Of a DNA stretch of 64,000 nucleotides, positions 25,749-37,546 are shown piece by piece. The translations under genes and the position numbers were made by a program. Location of the stretch: the NCBI GenBank assembly GCA_054600435.1, contig BAAIJX010000009.1, positions 1-64,000 on the forward strand, written 5' to 3'. The notes beneath the pieces are model-generated. The model had not been told where the DNA came from and did not search any database. It was given only the letters and a program-made list of their open reading frames with translations. The number at the start of each line of letters is the position of its first letter. Position 1 is the stretch's first letter. The DNA comes from Neophaeotheca triangularis (lineage: Eukaryota).

Positions 25749-26416
25749 GGGGCATGGCGCGTAGGGCTTCTGCTGAGGGACATTGGGTGAGTTTGTAGGA
25801 TAGGGGTGGGTGGCAGGGCGGTTTTTCAATTGCGTGGCGCTCAAACAGACGTTGTTTTAGGGCTCGGTGCTGAGCGGTCGATACCCTTTCTTACGAACTC
25901 GGTACGAAGTGGCGACTTTTGAGCGGCTTCTGTTTTCATGTATACATAGCGGTTTATATACTGTAGAGTCCGATTGTAGTTTTCATCTTGCCGTTGACCA
26001 GATAAAAGTTGGTGTTTCGCGGCTATAACGCACAAGCTTCACTTATTCTCGTCTCCATTGCCTTTTCTCTCACTCTTTCTATCCCTCGGAAGCACCGCAG
26101 ACCGCAACTATCAGACGAACGGCAGCATCCAGTCTCGATGTCACGAGTGGTTTGCTTTTGCCCCTGAATCAAAGGCTTGTAACATTCCATCTTACCAACC
26201 ATGAATCTTGGACCTTAGGACAACATTCCATCGAGACAGGTTCAAAGCAACTTTTCGAGACTCCAAACTCTAGTCTAGCGCACTGCGGCGCGATCGTTTC
26301 TCTTGCTATCGAGAGTTGCAATGCCAAACGGGGGCCACGATGCATCTCAAAGGTTCCATTTGGACGTCGAGCAACGCGCCGAGCATCATGCCGAAGCCAG
26401 AAAAGCCGCCATGGTT

Positions 26417-28249
26417 CTACAACTTCGAACTCCTCATCTGCACGCCGAAGATAACCGCATCCAGATCATGCGACCCTTCTACCTTTTCATCAAGCTTGGG
26501 CGTACGAACGAAGTCGCGAACCCAACGCCTTGCCGATTCAATGGCGATGACGTTGCCGTCCCTCGCGGCGTCGGCGATGAGTAAAGAACCGCAGACGACG
26601 CCTTCGAGGTGCTCTAGCATCGTCCAGCCATCTGCGCGCAAGCGCTCGGCATCCGACGAAGACGTCTCCCGCAGGAAGGATTGCAGGCCGGCTTGGAGCT
26701 CCGATGCTTCCTTCTGAAACTCATGTTCCTGGGGTAGGTTCAGAATGCCTTGAAGCCAGTTCTCGAGAATTGCGAGGGTTTGCTGGCCGCTATTACCCTT
26801 GACGACACGCACGACATCGTCCGCCATTACGTTGGTCGTGCCCTCCCAGATGCTCTGGACGGCGCAGTCTCTGTACAGACGGGCGACGTTAAGCATTGCG
26901 TTGTCGTTTTCGAGGTATCCCAGGCCACCTAGACTTTCCATGCAAGCTCGTAGCCCGTGGTTGCTTGCGAGGGATACTCTCGCTTTCATCAAGGGCGTCA
27001 AAAGCCGTAAGAGTGCTTCGACTTCAGCGGTAGCTGTCGGCATGATTTCTCGAGCGGCCGTCTTCTCGATGGCAATCGGGCCTTGCTCTGAAGAACCGAG
27101 CAGAGAGGCAACAAAGAATGTCAAATGCATGGCAGCGCGATACTTGACATGTTCTTGTGCCATCCAGCTCGTGTGAGCAGCCACGCTCGCGAGCAGTTTC
27201 CCACGACTCACCATCCGTACCCTAGCGTAAGCACGTGAGACAGCAAGACCCCGAGCCCAGTACGATAGCGCAGCGACGGCAGTATGCAAGCGTGTAATAT
27301 TGAGGATGTTGGCGAGCTCGTTGATCCCTCGTCCCTCGACACCGACCAGGTACCCTCGCATGCCTACCAGTTCCAACTCAGCCGTCGGCAAAGCCTTCGT
27401 TCCCATCTTATTTTTAAGCCGCTGGATCCGGACACCGTTCATTTCGATCCCACCACTTTGCGTTTTCCGCCGCATCGGCGCATAGAAAGCACTGAGGCCT
27501 TTCTCGGTCTGAGCTAGCATGACGCTGCAATGGGCATCGGTAGCGCTGGAGAACCACTTGAAGCCGCTGATAGACCAGGGTCCCAATGGCATGCCGTGAG
27601 CATCCTGGTCTTCTGATGGATCGCCAAGACGCTCCGCCACTGTCTCGGTGCCGCTGACATCGCTGCCTCCCCGGCGCTCGGTCATCCATTGCCCGCTCGT
27701 CCACGCGACAGCTGGGTCCGTACTGATGAGCCTATCCCGTACTTTCCGGAAGACATCACCGCCCTCTGGATCGTCGAGATGCTTGCCGAGGAGCTTTGCT
27801 GCGCCATCTGTCATGGCGGACGGACATGTCACGGTCGCTGAGCTGGACGACCAGAGGTGGTGCTTCAGATACTGAACGAGGCGTCGGTTATGGAGACAGT
27901 CGCCTGGACTGTAGCCGGACGCTACCATGCCCTGCTCGATGCCCATGTCTTGCAATCGTCGCCATCCCTCGCTCGTGCGAAGAGCACTTTGGCTGTTGAT
28001 GGAGCCGAAGTCAGTCAAGGGGTGCAAGGTTGGAGGATGCGATTCTGCATCGGTCAGGAGGCTGGAAGTTTGAGGGGAAACGCAAGTCTCGGAAAGGGTT
28101 TTGAGCTCTTTCCATAATGCTGCTGGGACTGGAAGGGGGAGGTAGAGGGTCAAAATGCGGGCAAGCGAGGCGTCCTCTGTGAGTTGAGGTTGTACCTCTG
28201 GGGGTGATTGAAAGAAACCGGTAGTGCTGCTGCTGGGGACTTTGGACAT
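26417..28249 (-). CDS. AidB-like acyl-CoA dehydrogenase with C-terminal PTS1 (SKL)
   Basis: TCPSAMTDGA, TSGQWMTERRGGSDV, GFKWFSSA, QRLKNKMGTKALPTAELE, IWEGTTNV; ends ...RSSKL*. First ATG at 28249. Confidence 0.92.
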   Translation of the reverse strand: MSKVPSSSTTGFFQSPPEVQPQLTEDASLARILTLYLPLPVPAALWKELKTLSETCVSPQTSSLLTDAESHPPTLHPLTDFGSINSQSALRTSEGWRRLQDMGIEQGMVASGYSPGDCLHNRRLVQYLKHHLWSSSSATVTCPSAMTDGAAKLLGKHLDDPEGGDVFRKVRDRLISTDPAVAWTSGQWMTERRGGSDVSGTETVAERLGDPSEDQDAHGMPLGPWSISGFKWFSSATDAHCSVMLAQTEKGLSAFYAPMRRKTQSGGIEMNGVRIQRLKNKMGTKALPTAELELVGMRGYLVGVEGRGINELANILNITRLHTAVAALSYWARGLAVSRAYARVRMVSRGKLLASVAAHTSWMAQEHVKYRAAMHLTFFVASLLGSSEQGPIAIEKTAAREIMPTATAEVEALLRLLTPLMKARVSLASNHGLRACMESLGGLGYLENDNAMLNVARLYRDCAVQSIWEGTTNVMADDVVRVVKGNSGQQTLAILENWLQGILNLPQEHEFQKEASELQAGLQSFLRETSSSDAERLRADGWTMLEHLEGVVCGSLLIADAARDGNVIAIESARRWVRDFVRTPKLDEKVEGSHDLDAVIFGVQMRSSKL

Positions 28250-28667
28250 GGCAGGGAGGATTGTTATTAATTGCTTCAATCAAAGGTTAGGATACTTTAC
28301 AATCATTTCCAGTGCTTGCATTACAACACATTTTCGATACTGGGTGAGGTGTACTGTACTGTGAGGAGTAGTCGTCTCGGTACCTCGGGCATATATTATA
28401 TACATAGTAGGTACAGTAGCTCCCGGGATGTCGGCATTGTCTCGGGTAATCCTGAACAGACAGGCAAACGCGCCCTACCGCGTCCCCCGACAGCTCAGCT
28501 CAGTCAGCTCAGTTCAGCTCAGCTTAGGGCATGTTGAAAGTTGCCAAACATTTGCCAAACATTCCACCACCACCATACTGTAGGCGAGGGAGGGGCTTTT
28601 CGGGTCTAAGACTACCATTCTACCTTATTCATTCACTCTGTCACGCTCGACATCCAATGTCGGAGCC

Positions 28668-31600
28668 ATGAACCGGGCATCCTTAGCCGTAGGCCAAAAG
28701 ATCGAGCTGAACGATGGCAGAGTCGCAGTTGTTCGCTTCGTAGGCACGACTTCTTTCCAGACTGGCGATTGGGTTGGCGTGGAGCTTGAAGAGCCAACGG
28801 GCAAGAACGATGGCTCCGTCAAGGGGCAACGTTACTTTGACGTCGAGCAGAACTATGGCATGTTCTTGCGACCTGCTGGAGTGCGCCAAGTGCTCGAGGA
28901 CGTCAAGGCCAAACCCAAGACGGCCGCCAATGGCACCGCTGCTAGGAGCAGTCGGCAGAGTGTTGCGGGTGTTGGGACGAATGCGCTGAAAAGGCAGAGT
29001 TTACAGAGCACAGCTGCAAGCCCGACGCCGAGTTCACGCTTGGGTGGACCCAGTGGTAGAGGTTCGCCCTCGAAGTCACCTACGAAGCCAATAGCAGGGA
29101 ATGGAAGTTCTAGTGCGGCGACTTCGAGGACAAACACACCCACGACTGCTGCGAAACGGCCTACCGCTGCACCTGCCACTGCAAGCGCAAAAGCCAGGCC
29201 CGGCATAGGCCCTTCCAACACTAGTGCCAGCAGAAGGACGTCCACCGTTCCATCCAGTGCTACCACGAGCACCTCCAGGGCACCAAGACAATCTCTGGCA
29301 CCCCCTACCACAGGGACGAGTAGGACTCTTGTTTCTTCGAAAAGTCCCCCAAGTCAGCGACCAGACGTAGTTGATAGACTCAGCCTCGATCAACGGCAGG
29401 ATTCTGAAAGCAAAGATGCCTCAGGAGGAATGAACGACGACCAGGAGGAAGGAGAGGACGCGGAGGAGGATCGTCAAAGTCCAGCCACGCGGTCCATCAA
29501 AGGTGAGGAGCCCACGCATCTTGATGAGGTTCAAGAAGCAGACGGGGCACAAGAAGGCGAGGAATTGGCAAAGTTCAACTTTGCGCCACCACCAGAGCCT
29601 CCGCCAGAACCACAACGGCGCCAGACCTTGTCCAGACGAACCTCTTCTCCACCAGCGTCCGTTCATTCTCAGCGTACTGCGCGTAGTGCGGCTACTTCGA
29701 AAAAGCAGATTGAAGAACTGGAAGCCCAGTTACGACTTATGGAACGGAAGAGGCTCGAAGACAAGGAGCTCAAGCAGCAGTTGGATAGGGTACAGCAGGA
29801 GCGAGACAAGTATCAGAGTATCATCGAGAAGCTGCAGACCAAGTATCAGCCCCAGCAGCAGGAAATTGCCGAGCTGAAGAAGGCTATGAACGAGTCGGAG
29901 AAAAATCAAGTGGATATCGAGGCTCTACAAGCCGAGCATGATAGCATCATGGAGATGGCCACTTTAGACCGTGAGATGGCAGAAGAAACGGCGGAAACTT
30001 TGAAGACTGAGCTAGAAGCGCTGAGGTCGAAGAATGAAGAGATGGAGCTTGAGTTGGAAGTTTTGCGAGAGGAGAATGGAGAGCTCAGCAAGGAGATGTC
30101 GCCCGAGGAGCGTACAAGTACTGGGTGGCTGCAGATGGAGAAGAGTAACGAGCGGCTTCGAGAGGCACTGCTGAGATTACGCGATATGACCCATGAGCAA
30201 GAGGCAGAGCTCAAAGATCAAATCAAGAACCTCGAAGCCCAGATCAAGGAGTTCGACGAATACAAGACAGGGTTCGAGGAAACCAAGGAAAAGCTGCTGC
30301 GGACTGAGGCAGACGCTGAAGATCTACGGCAGCAGCTTGAAGCCGCTCTCGGCGCTGAAGACATGATTGAGGAGCTGACAGAACGTAACATGGCCATGCA
30401 AGAGAATCTCGGACAGCTGCGCGGTACCATTGAAGATCTTGAGAATTTGAAAGAGCTCAACGACGAGCTTGAGATTAATCACGTCGAAGCGGAAAAGCAG
30501 ATGCAGGACGAGATTGATTTCAAAGAGAGCCTCTTGCTCGATCGCGAACGAACCGCAAAGCAACAGCAAGAGGCTCTCGATGACGCCGACTACACAATCC
30601 GGCGGTTTAGGGAGCTAGTTAGCACTCTACAAAGCGACCTTCAAGACATGCAAGCCAGCAAACAAATCTCCGAGACCGAGGCCGAAGACCTCAACAGTAA
30701 AAGCAGGGCGATGCTGGACCTGAACATGAAACTCCAGAACAGCGCCGCCAAGACGCAAGTAAAGACCATCGACCTGGAGCTTCGCAAGCTCGAAGCCCAA
30801 GAAGCGAGTGAGCACCTCGCCATTGTACAGCTCTTCCTCCCGGACGCTTTCCACGCCGAGCGCGACAGCGTGCTCGCACTACTGCGTTTCAAGCGTGTAG
30901 GTTTCAAGGCGAATCTTGTACATGGCTTCGTCAAAGAGCGCATAGCTTCATTCGGTGCGAGAGGACTGGATGAGAATGTCTTTGCGGCGTGCGGCGTCCT
31001 CGATAAGCTCGTTTGGGTCTCCGGCATGGCGAATCGTTTTATCAACAGCATTTGCGGCTGTAGTGCTGATGAGTTTGCGAGCTACGAAGGTGCATTGTAC
31101 GAGCTTGAGCCTGTTGAAAGAGCGCTCAACGGCTACATCGACGGCCTGCGTAGGGAGGAGGTCAAGGAGAAGGCCATGAATGAGGAACTGCAGCGGTCTA
31201 TGGCCGTGATGAGCCACCTCGCAACTTCGCATCTGCATGGCGAACTTGCCATCCATGCCGATGACTTGCTCATGCGTAGCGCTTGTCTCGAAAGCCAACT
31301 TGAGAACACAGCTTCGGCGCTCAGTGTTCTGAAGATGTTGATGGAGCGCCACATTTCTTTGCCTACGAAAGGCGAGGAGGATGAAGCCGACGGGAGGGAC
31401 GACGACGAGAGCGCATCCGATCACAAGATGCTGCTATCCCGAGCCGACGCCCTTATCTCACACGTCAGAAGCGCCAGGGTAGTAGCTGCAAAAGCCCACC
31501 GTGCTATTGCAGACTTGCAAGACCGCTCCTTGACGCTAGAGAAAAACTGTACGGCGACCTTCGAGTCCGTAGAAGCCCTCGCAACCCAAGTAGCGAGCTT

Positions 31601-32666
31601 TGCAAAAGAAGCCGGCGACGCAGTACAGATCCTCGTAACAGAAGACAGCCGCAACGAACCCCTACCATCAAGCGAAGTAGCATCTTCCCTCTCCCGCTCA
31701 GCAAGCGCCGCCTTCTCCCTCCCAACCCCCGAAGCCGGCCCCTTCAACACCCTCGCGACCCGCCTCCGCGAACTCACCGACGTCCTCGCCGACCTAGCCT
31801 CTCTCCCGAGTGACCTGGACAATGCGATAGAATTCGAGCGCGGTCCGGCGCCCTGGGTCGCCCGCGCCGACAAACTGCGGCAAACCAAACTCATTTCCAT
31901 CGACACGGAAGCCGAGCTCACTCGCACCCTCGAGACGGTCAAACAACGAGACCTCGTCGTTCGCGAAAAGAACACAGAACTCGAAGAGCAAAGCGTGCGC
32001 ATCGAAATGCTCGAAGCGCGCATGAAAGATGCAAGCAAGCGCTCAGCCAAAATCGCCGAGCTCGAAGCCGCCCTGCACGCCGCCGAGGACAACGAGAAAA
32101 CCGCCAAAACCGAGCTCGCCCGCTCCCAGCGCGAAGCCCAACACGACCTCCAACGCGTCCGCGACGAAATGTCCCGTCTCGCTGACGAGCGCGCCAAACG
32201 CGGCGGCGACCATGGCCACGACGAGCTCGAGCACGGCGCCATGGGCCCCGGAGCCCGCCTCAAGCTGCAGACGCAGGACTACACCATCGCCAGCCTCCGC
32301 GGCGCACTCCGCTACCTGCACGCCGAAAACCACGCTCTCCGTCTCCCGGCGCCGGACGCTCCACACGCCGTGGCCGCGAACCTCGACTGGTTGCGCGAAC
32401 CCCTCTTCCCCAAACACAAAAGCACGCGTTGGAAACAGCGTGAAGGGCTTAAACACGAGGGGCAAAGGGTTCTGCATCGGGTGCTGGAAATGGCCGTCGA
32501 CGGCGGTGAAGGGGTCGTGGATTTGACGAGGTTGCCGGATAATAGGCTTGCGTGGAGGCCGGCCAGGGAGACGGCTAGGTGGAGGATTAGTAGACGAAGG
32601 GAGGAGTGGGAGGTGTGGAGGGAGTGGAGGAGGGATGTTTTGGGAAGGGCTAAGGGGGGATGTTGA
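28668..32666 (+). CDS. NIP100: Dynactin p150Glued subunit (Nip100/RO-3/NudM)
   Basis: N-terminal CAP-Gly domain (VRFVGTTSFQTGDWVGVEL..GKNDGSV), basic Ser/Thr linker, long coiled coil with EMATLDREMAEE, and dynactin domain. Confidence 0.95.
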   Translation: MNRASLAVGQKIELNDGRVAVVRFVGTTSFQTGDWVGVELEEPTGKNDGSVKGQRYFDVEQNYGMFLRPAGVRQVLEDVKAKPKTAANGTAARSSRQSVAGVGTNALKRQSLQSTAASPTPSSRLGGPSGRGSPSKSPTKPIAGNGSSSAATSRTNTPTTAAKRPTAAPATASAKARPGIGPSNTSASRRTSTVPSSATTSTSRAPRQSLAPPTTGTSRTLVSSKSPPSQRPDVVDRLSLDQRQDSESKDASGGMNDDQEEGEDAEEDRQSPATRSIKGEEPTHLDEVQEADGAQEGEELAKFNFAPPPEPPPEPQRRQTLSRRTSSPPASVHSQRTARSAATSKKQIEELEAQLRLMERKRLEDKELKQQLDRVQQERDKYQSIIEKLQTKYQPQQQEIAELKKAMNESEKNQVDIEALQAEHDSIMEMATLDREMAEETAETLKTELEALRSKNEEMELELEVLREENGELSKEMSPEERTSTGWLQMEKSNERLREALLRLRDMTHEQEAELKDQIKNLEAQIKEFDEYKTGFEETKEKLLRTEADAEDLRQQLEAALGAEDMIEELTERNMAMQENLGQLRGTIEDLENLKELNDELEINHVEAEKQMQDEIDFKESLLLDRERTAKQQQEALDDADYTIRRFRELVSTLQSDLQDMQASKQISETEAEDLNSKSRAMLDLNMKLQNSAAKTQVKTIDLELRKLEAQEASEHLAIVQLFLPDAFHAERDSVLALLRFKRVGFKANLVHGFVKERIASFGARGLDENVFAACGVLDKLVWVSGMANRFINSICGCSADEFASYEGALYELEPVERALNGYIDGLRREEVKEKAMNEELQRSMAVMSHLATSHLHGELAIHADDLLMRSACLESQLENTASALSVLKMLMERHISLPTKGEEDEADGRDDDESASDHKMLLSRADALISHVRSARVVAAKAHRAIADLQDRSLTLEKNCTATFESVEALATQVASFAKEAGDAVQILVTEDSRNEPLPSSEVASSLSRSASAAFSLPTPEAGPFNTLATRLRELTDVLADLASLPSDLDNAIEFERGPAPWVARADKLRQTKLISIDTEAELTRTLETVKQRDLVVREKNTELEEQSVRIEMLEARMKDASKRSAKIAELEAALHAAEDNEKTAKTELARSQREAQHDLQRVRDEMSRLADERAKRGGDHGHDELEHGAMGPGARLKLQTQDYTIASLRGALRYLHAENHALRLPAPDAPHAVAANLDWLREPLFPKHKSTRWKQREGLKHEGQRVLHRVLEMAVDGGEGVVDLTRLPDNRLAWRPARETARWRISRRREEWEVWREWRRDVLGRAKGGC

Positions 32667-33277
32667 GGGGTGTTGGGGACGACGTATAGAGTGGCTGCGT
32701 GCTGTTGTGTTTAGCGGGAGTCTGGGGTGTGACATTGCGTGAAGTGGCGCGTTGCGTTGCATTGCAGGGAGTGATCGTCCTTAGATACCCGAAGGCTGGA
32801 ATGCATAGCTCGTCTGACTGTCAGTCCTCTTGTGGTGTTTATGCATGTGGTCTTTGTGTAATGAAGAATGGGCGTGCATTTGTAGAAGCGCTCGCCTTTT
32901 GAAGCTGCGCAAGCCTTATGTGAGAAAATGATCACCTCCTGCCGCTCAGGTACCCGAGCAAAAGACACCCCAGATTTTGTGGGCAGGTCCATACTCTCAT
33001 CACCGTTGATCTTGGTGTTGACAAGAGAGGAGTTGCTGCTCTGTTGTGTTGCAATACAAGTGATACACGCGTTCAGTCAAGATCAAAGCTTGCCGACGAT
33101 AGATGAGATCCGATTCCACCCCTCCCTTTTCTTCAAACACTCTTCTGAAAGCCGAGACGCCCACTTTGAAACGTCCTTGGTCGCCCACCCTCCACCGAAA
33201 TCTCCATCACCATACTTTCTCCCCAGCCCTCCAAAACGCCTTTTCCGCCGTCAGAAATCCTCTCTACCCTCCTCAAC

Positions 33278-33986
33278 CTACTGGGCCGGATCTCGACTCC
33301 CCTTCTCTGCCTCGGCCCCGGCCTGCAAATCCACACTAATCCCCAACTCTTTCCTAAGCAAACTGGTTAAACTCGAGCCATCCCTGAGATAGATCCAATC
33401 CCCCGTACCCCCACCTTCCTTCTGATGCATAGCCTCGCCAGCAACCACCCAGTCGAAACGCTTAGGCCCCGAAAGCGGCGAACTGAGCCAGATCTGCTTG
33501 TTCGGTGGCTGCTTGTTGAGCACGTAGGTGCCATTGGGGGGGAAAGTGATGTTCATGACGCCGGCCTAGGGGGTGATGTCAGTGAGGGGAGTTTGGGAGG
33601 GGTTTGACGTGGCATTGTGCGGGGCGTACGCTGTACTCGACTTCCACGTCTTCGCGGGCTTCTTGCAGTTCTTCTGCTCGCGCGCACACGGCGTCCATGT
33701 ACTCGTCGGAGACGGTGTGGTATTCTTCCGGGTCGAGGGGGGTAGGCTGGTTGGGGGTGGAGTCTGCTTCTTGCTTGGGGGGTTGGGGGTTCTCCGCGTC
33801 GGGCATCATGCCGGCGGTGTTGGGCTGGGAGATGGAGAAGCTCCTGGAGCTGGAGATGAGAGCTGCTGGGGCGCCGTGCTGGAGTTGGGCGAGGCGGGTT
33901 TGGGGGAGCTGAGGTCTGCGGAGTGCTGAGCTTGCTGTGCGTTGGGCTGCTCGGCGGAGAGCGCGGGCGACTGAGGGGGCGGACAT
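33278..33986 (-). CDS. YFH1: Frataxin, mitochondrial; intron 33566-33629
   Basis: Arg-rich presequence. After splicing: [44 protein letters not shown]. Confidence 0.96.
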
Positions 33987-34892
33987 GACAGGTAGAGGTG
34001 GAATTGACGGTTCAGATCGATCCTGGGTTTGATGTGCGAAGTAGTGTCAAAGTGTAGGATCCTGGTATATGAAAGTAAAACGTTTCCAGAGCTTCAAGGC
34101 TGACGGGAGGTAACCTAAGGTATTGGAGAGTGACGAAGCACAAGCGGCCCAAGCTTTCCCCAATCGACTTGAAGCTTCGTCACAGGTCTCCCCCACACCA
34201 TGCCAAGCATCCATGATCCTCGTGACTGCCCCTGAATGCTCAAGGGACACAATCTCAATGACTTCACACAGCTAAGTTACAACAAATATCGGTTTCACAA
34301 GAGTTTTGTAAGACGGAACGTAGTTCGTCATCGGGATGTAAACGAAGAGCTGCAACTCGATCTGGCTAAAAGACGAAAGCCTAACAAATCTACGCTTATC
34401 TCGAAGCCACGATACAGTACGCTTGGAAAAGCACGCGGTTCTCTAGAAATAGCATTTCGACAGGATGTTCGTCCAGTGCTTCACTGACTGGCCTGAGTCA
34501 TGCACGAGCGAACCGGCGTATCCTGAAGCCTAGAGGAATGAAAATGAAGTATTTTGACCGCGGTCTGCCAGTTTTTGCGGCATCCTCTTCCCTTCCAACC
34601 CGAGAGAATCTAAGCCGCCTCCCGTCAGACCTCATAGACGAAGGCTTCGTCCGCAAAATCGGAGCTCGCAATATATGTAAGTATCCGGACATTGGCCCTC
34701 AGTGCTAGGAAGCCGCGTGACTGGATCTGGCGGACTTTGCGCTCCTGCGAGCACGGGTGCTAGCGTGAAAGGCTATCACATCTCCCTCCATTTGACGGCC
34801 AAGAGTGGTAGCATATGAGGGAGACGGTATTCGTACGTATGGGGATCGTGATGGATCGAATTAGGGTGCCACGGCAAAGCAATGCCGAGGAA

Positions 34893-35468
34893 TCATAGCT
34901 TCGAAGCTGCAGTAACACGAGCCTCCCACTCCCAAGACGAGCCAGTGAAACGATTCTGCAGCCAGCCCGCATAGATCCTGTCAGCCCCGGCCTTGTCGTT
35001 GAGCATCCTATGGTAGATTCCGAGCTGCTCTAGAAACCCTGGATTAGGATGACAGACTGGTCTACCCTCATTGACCTTTTCAAGTGCTTGCTCTGGAGAA
35101 AGCTGGCACTTCTGCATCAAGTATGCCACAGCCAGCGTAGCAGATCGAGACTTGCCCATGGCACAATGTACAAAGACGCCACCGTCGCCTCCGAGACCTT
35201 GGGCGATGAAAGCATTGGTTTGGTCGAAATACTGCAAGAGGTTCTGGTTGGGCTCGTCGTCTGCCCGGATGTGCAGGTGGTGCAAATGGTCGAAACGGTC
35301 ACGGGGAAATGGGTCGTAGTCGATCACCGAGAGAACGTGTGTGATGTTGGCTGCCTTGATGAGGTCCGTTTGGTAGATTGCGTAGAGTCCGCCAATGTAT
35401 AGGTTGCCGCCAAAAGGGATGCGATCAACCCATCCCATATTCGTATAGCCGTGCAGGAGAAAGTTCAT
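34893..35468 (-). CDS. Small dual-specificity protein phosphatase (Yvh1-like catalytic domain only), ending SKL; start may be the second Met (MGWVDRIP)
   Basis: NLYIGG, ITHVLSV, catalytic VHCAMGKSRS (CX5R), AYLM, RPVCHPNPGFLEQL. Confidence 0.9.
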   Translation of the reverse strand: MNFLLHGYTNMGWVDRIPFGGNLYIGGLYAIYQTDLIKAANITHVLSVIDYDPFPRDRFDHLHHLHIRADDEPNQNLLQYFDQTNAFIAQGLGGDGGVFVHCAMGKSRSATLAVAYLMQKCQLSPEQALEKVNEGRPVCHPNPGFLEQLGIYHRMLNDKAGADRIYAGWLQNRFTGSSWEWEARVTAASKL

Positions 35469-35948
35469 GTGGCGTAGCTGCTACTGCTGGCAATGAGAAA
35501 TCAAGACGAATAACTTACATGGGGACTATCAAGTGTCTGTATACAAAAGCCATTCGGCAATAGTGTGGACTTTGTCGTGAACTTCTATTGCCGAGGTGGT
35601 GTTGGAGTAGAAGTGTGTGCCTGAGTGCCTGACTGGCTGGTTAATTCTCGGGTAAAAACCGTGGCACGGCTCAAGAACTTCACGCACAAGTACTCCAAAA
35701 TTCAAGGTCGGCGACTTCACAACTTCAAGGACGACATCCACCGACGACAACCCCCCCGACCCATACAATCCTTCCGGACACGGTGAAGCGACAGGCAACT
35801 GGTATGTGATGATTACCTTGAAATACATTGCGGGCGCTGCGAAGCTGCTGCAAAGGCATTTCCGGCGCGCACCGCACAGTATGGAACACACATTGGGAGA
35901 AGTTGCAAGGCTAACACAATACAACAGTAATCTTCGCCAACCGCAATC

Positions 35949-36667
35949 ATGGGGTACAGTCTTGACGAGAATCTCCACTTAATACAAGACACCGGCTGAC
36001 AATTGCATAGTATCTCTCGTGACTCCCGTCACAAGCGCAGCGCCTCTGGTGCCAAGCGCGCATACTACCGCAAGAAGAGGTATGCATAACCCGACTGCCT
36101 CGACTTGCGAACGTCTTCTGACATCGCAATAGAGCTTTCGAGAAGGGCCGTCAGCCCGCCAACACCCGTATCGGCGCCAAGCGCATCCATCTCGTCCGCA
36201 CCCGTGGTGGTAACCGCAAGTTCCGTGGTCTCCGCATCGACTCTGGCAACTTCTCCTGGGGCAGCGAGGGCATCTCCCGCAAGGTCCGCATCATCGCCAC
36301 CGCCTTCCACCCGTCCAACAACGAACTCGTCCGCACGAACACCCTCACCAAGTCCGCCGTCGTCCAGGTTGATGCCGCGCCTTTCAGGCAGTGGTACGAG
36401 GCCCACTACGGCCAGGGTATCGGCAGGAGACGCCAGCAGAAGACTGCTCAGGACAGCGAGGAGTTGAAGAAGAGCAAGAGCGTTCAGCAGAAGCAGCACG
36501 AGCGCTACGCCAAGGCCGGCAAGGTTGAGCCTTCGCTTGAGAGGCAGTTCGAGGCCTCGCGTCTCTACGCCGTGGTCGCCAGCAGGCCCGGCCAGAGCGG
36601 CCGTGTTGATGGGTACATCTTGGAGGGTGAGGAGCTTGCCTTCTACCAGCGTGCCATCAGGAAGTAG
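35949..36667 (+). CDS. RPS8: 40S ribosomal protein eS8; introns 35954-36010 and 36080-36132
   Basis: Spliced product [39 protein letters not shown]...SRPGQSGRVDGYILEGEELAFY. Confidence 0.98.
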
Positions 36668-37170
36668 AGCGGATCATGAGCATGGCGTTAAGGCATCATG
36701 GCATGTACTTGCTGCTGCGGAGGCTTTCACAGAACCATGTCTGCTTCACGACAAGGTGGACAGTGTGTGTGGGTCGACTGGGATAACGTCTAGCCAGAGA
36801 CAAATGCTATACGTAGTTCCATCAAAAGCATCACAAGTCCGCTCAGCCTTCTGAAATTTCAGTGACTCGTTTTCTGGTCTCTCCGTCAATCGCAGCCCGT
36901 GACTCCATGAGACCACCTCCTTGTATGCGAAGACGTTCATTGACAGAGCCTCTGTCTCTTCTCGCACATTTCAAGCGCTATTGGCTCCACTCGTTTGCGC
37001 CGCCCACTGGTCGTGCGTCTAATCATAAAAAGTTTCCAGCCAAGCCCCGCTTTTGCCTTTCGCCTTCACATGCTTCGAACTTTCCATAACTTCTGCGCCT
37101 CACCTCTCGAACAAATTACTACAACAACCAATACAAAATCTCTTACCCCATCAGCACACTACCTCACAAA

Positions 37171-37546
37171 ATGGCCGACAACATTTACGACGAAATCGAA
37201 ATCGAGGTTCGTCCGTCCCAATCCACCTCACCTTATCTCGCCCCAGCCCAACCTAACCCAACCTAACCCAACCCAAACCAGCAAGCATAACTAATCCCCA
37301 GACCCAAATTTCTAGGACATGACCTACGATCCCGCAACCCAGCTCTACCACTACCCCTGCCCCTGCGGCGACCGGTTCGAAATCAGCATCGACGACTTGC
37401 GCGACGGCGAGGAGATTGCCGTTTGCCCCAGTTGCAGTTTGATGATCAAGGTTATCTTTGAGGTCGAGGATTTGCCTGGCCCGGATGCTGGGGAGGGGGT
37501 GAAGGAGGGGCTGGCACAAGGGGAGGGGAGGGCTGTGGCTGCTTGA
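37171..37546 (+). CDS. DPH3: Diphthamide biosynthesis protein 3 / Kti11 (CSL zinc finger); intron 37207-37315
   Basis: [35 protein letters not shown]...[14 protein letters not shown]. Confidence 0.97.
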
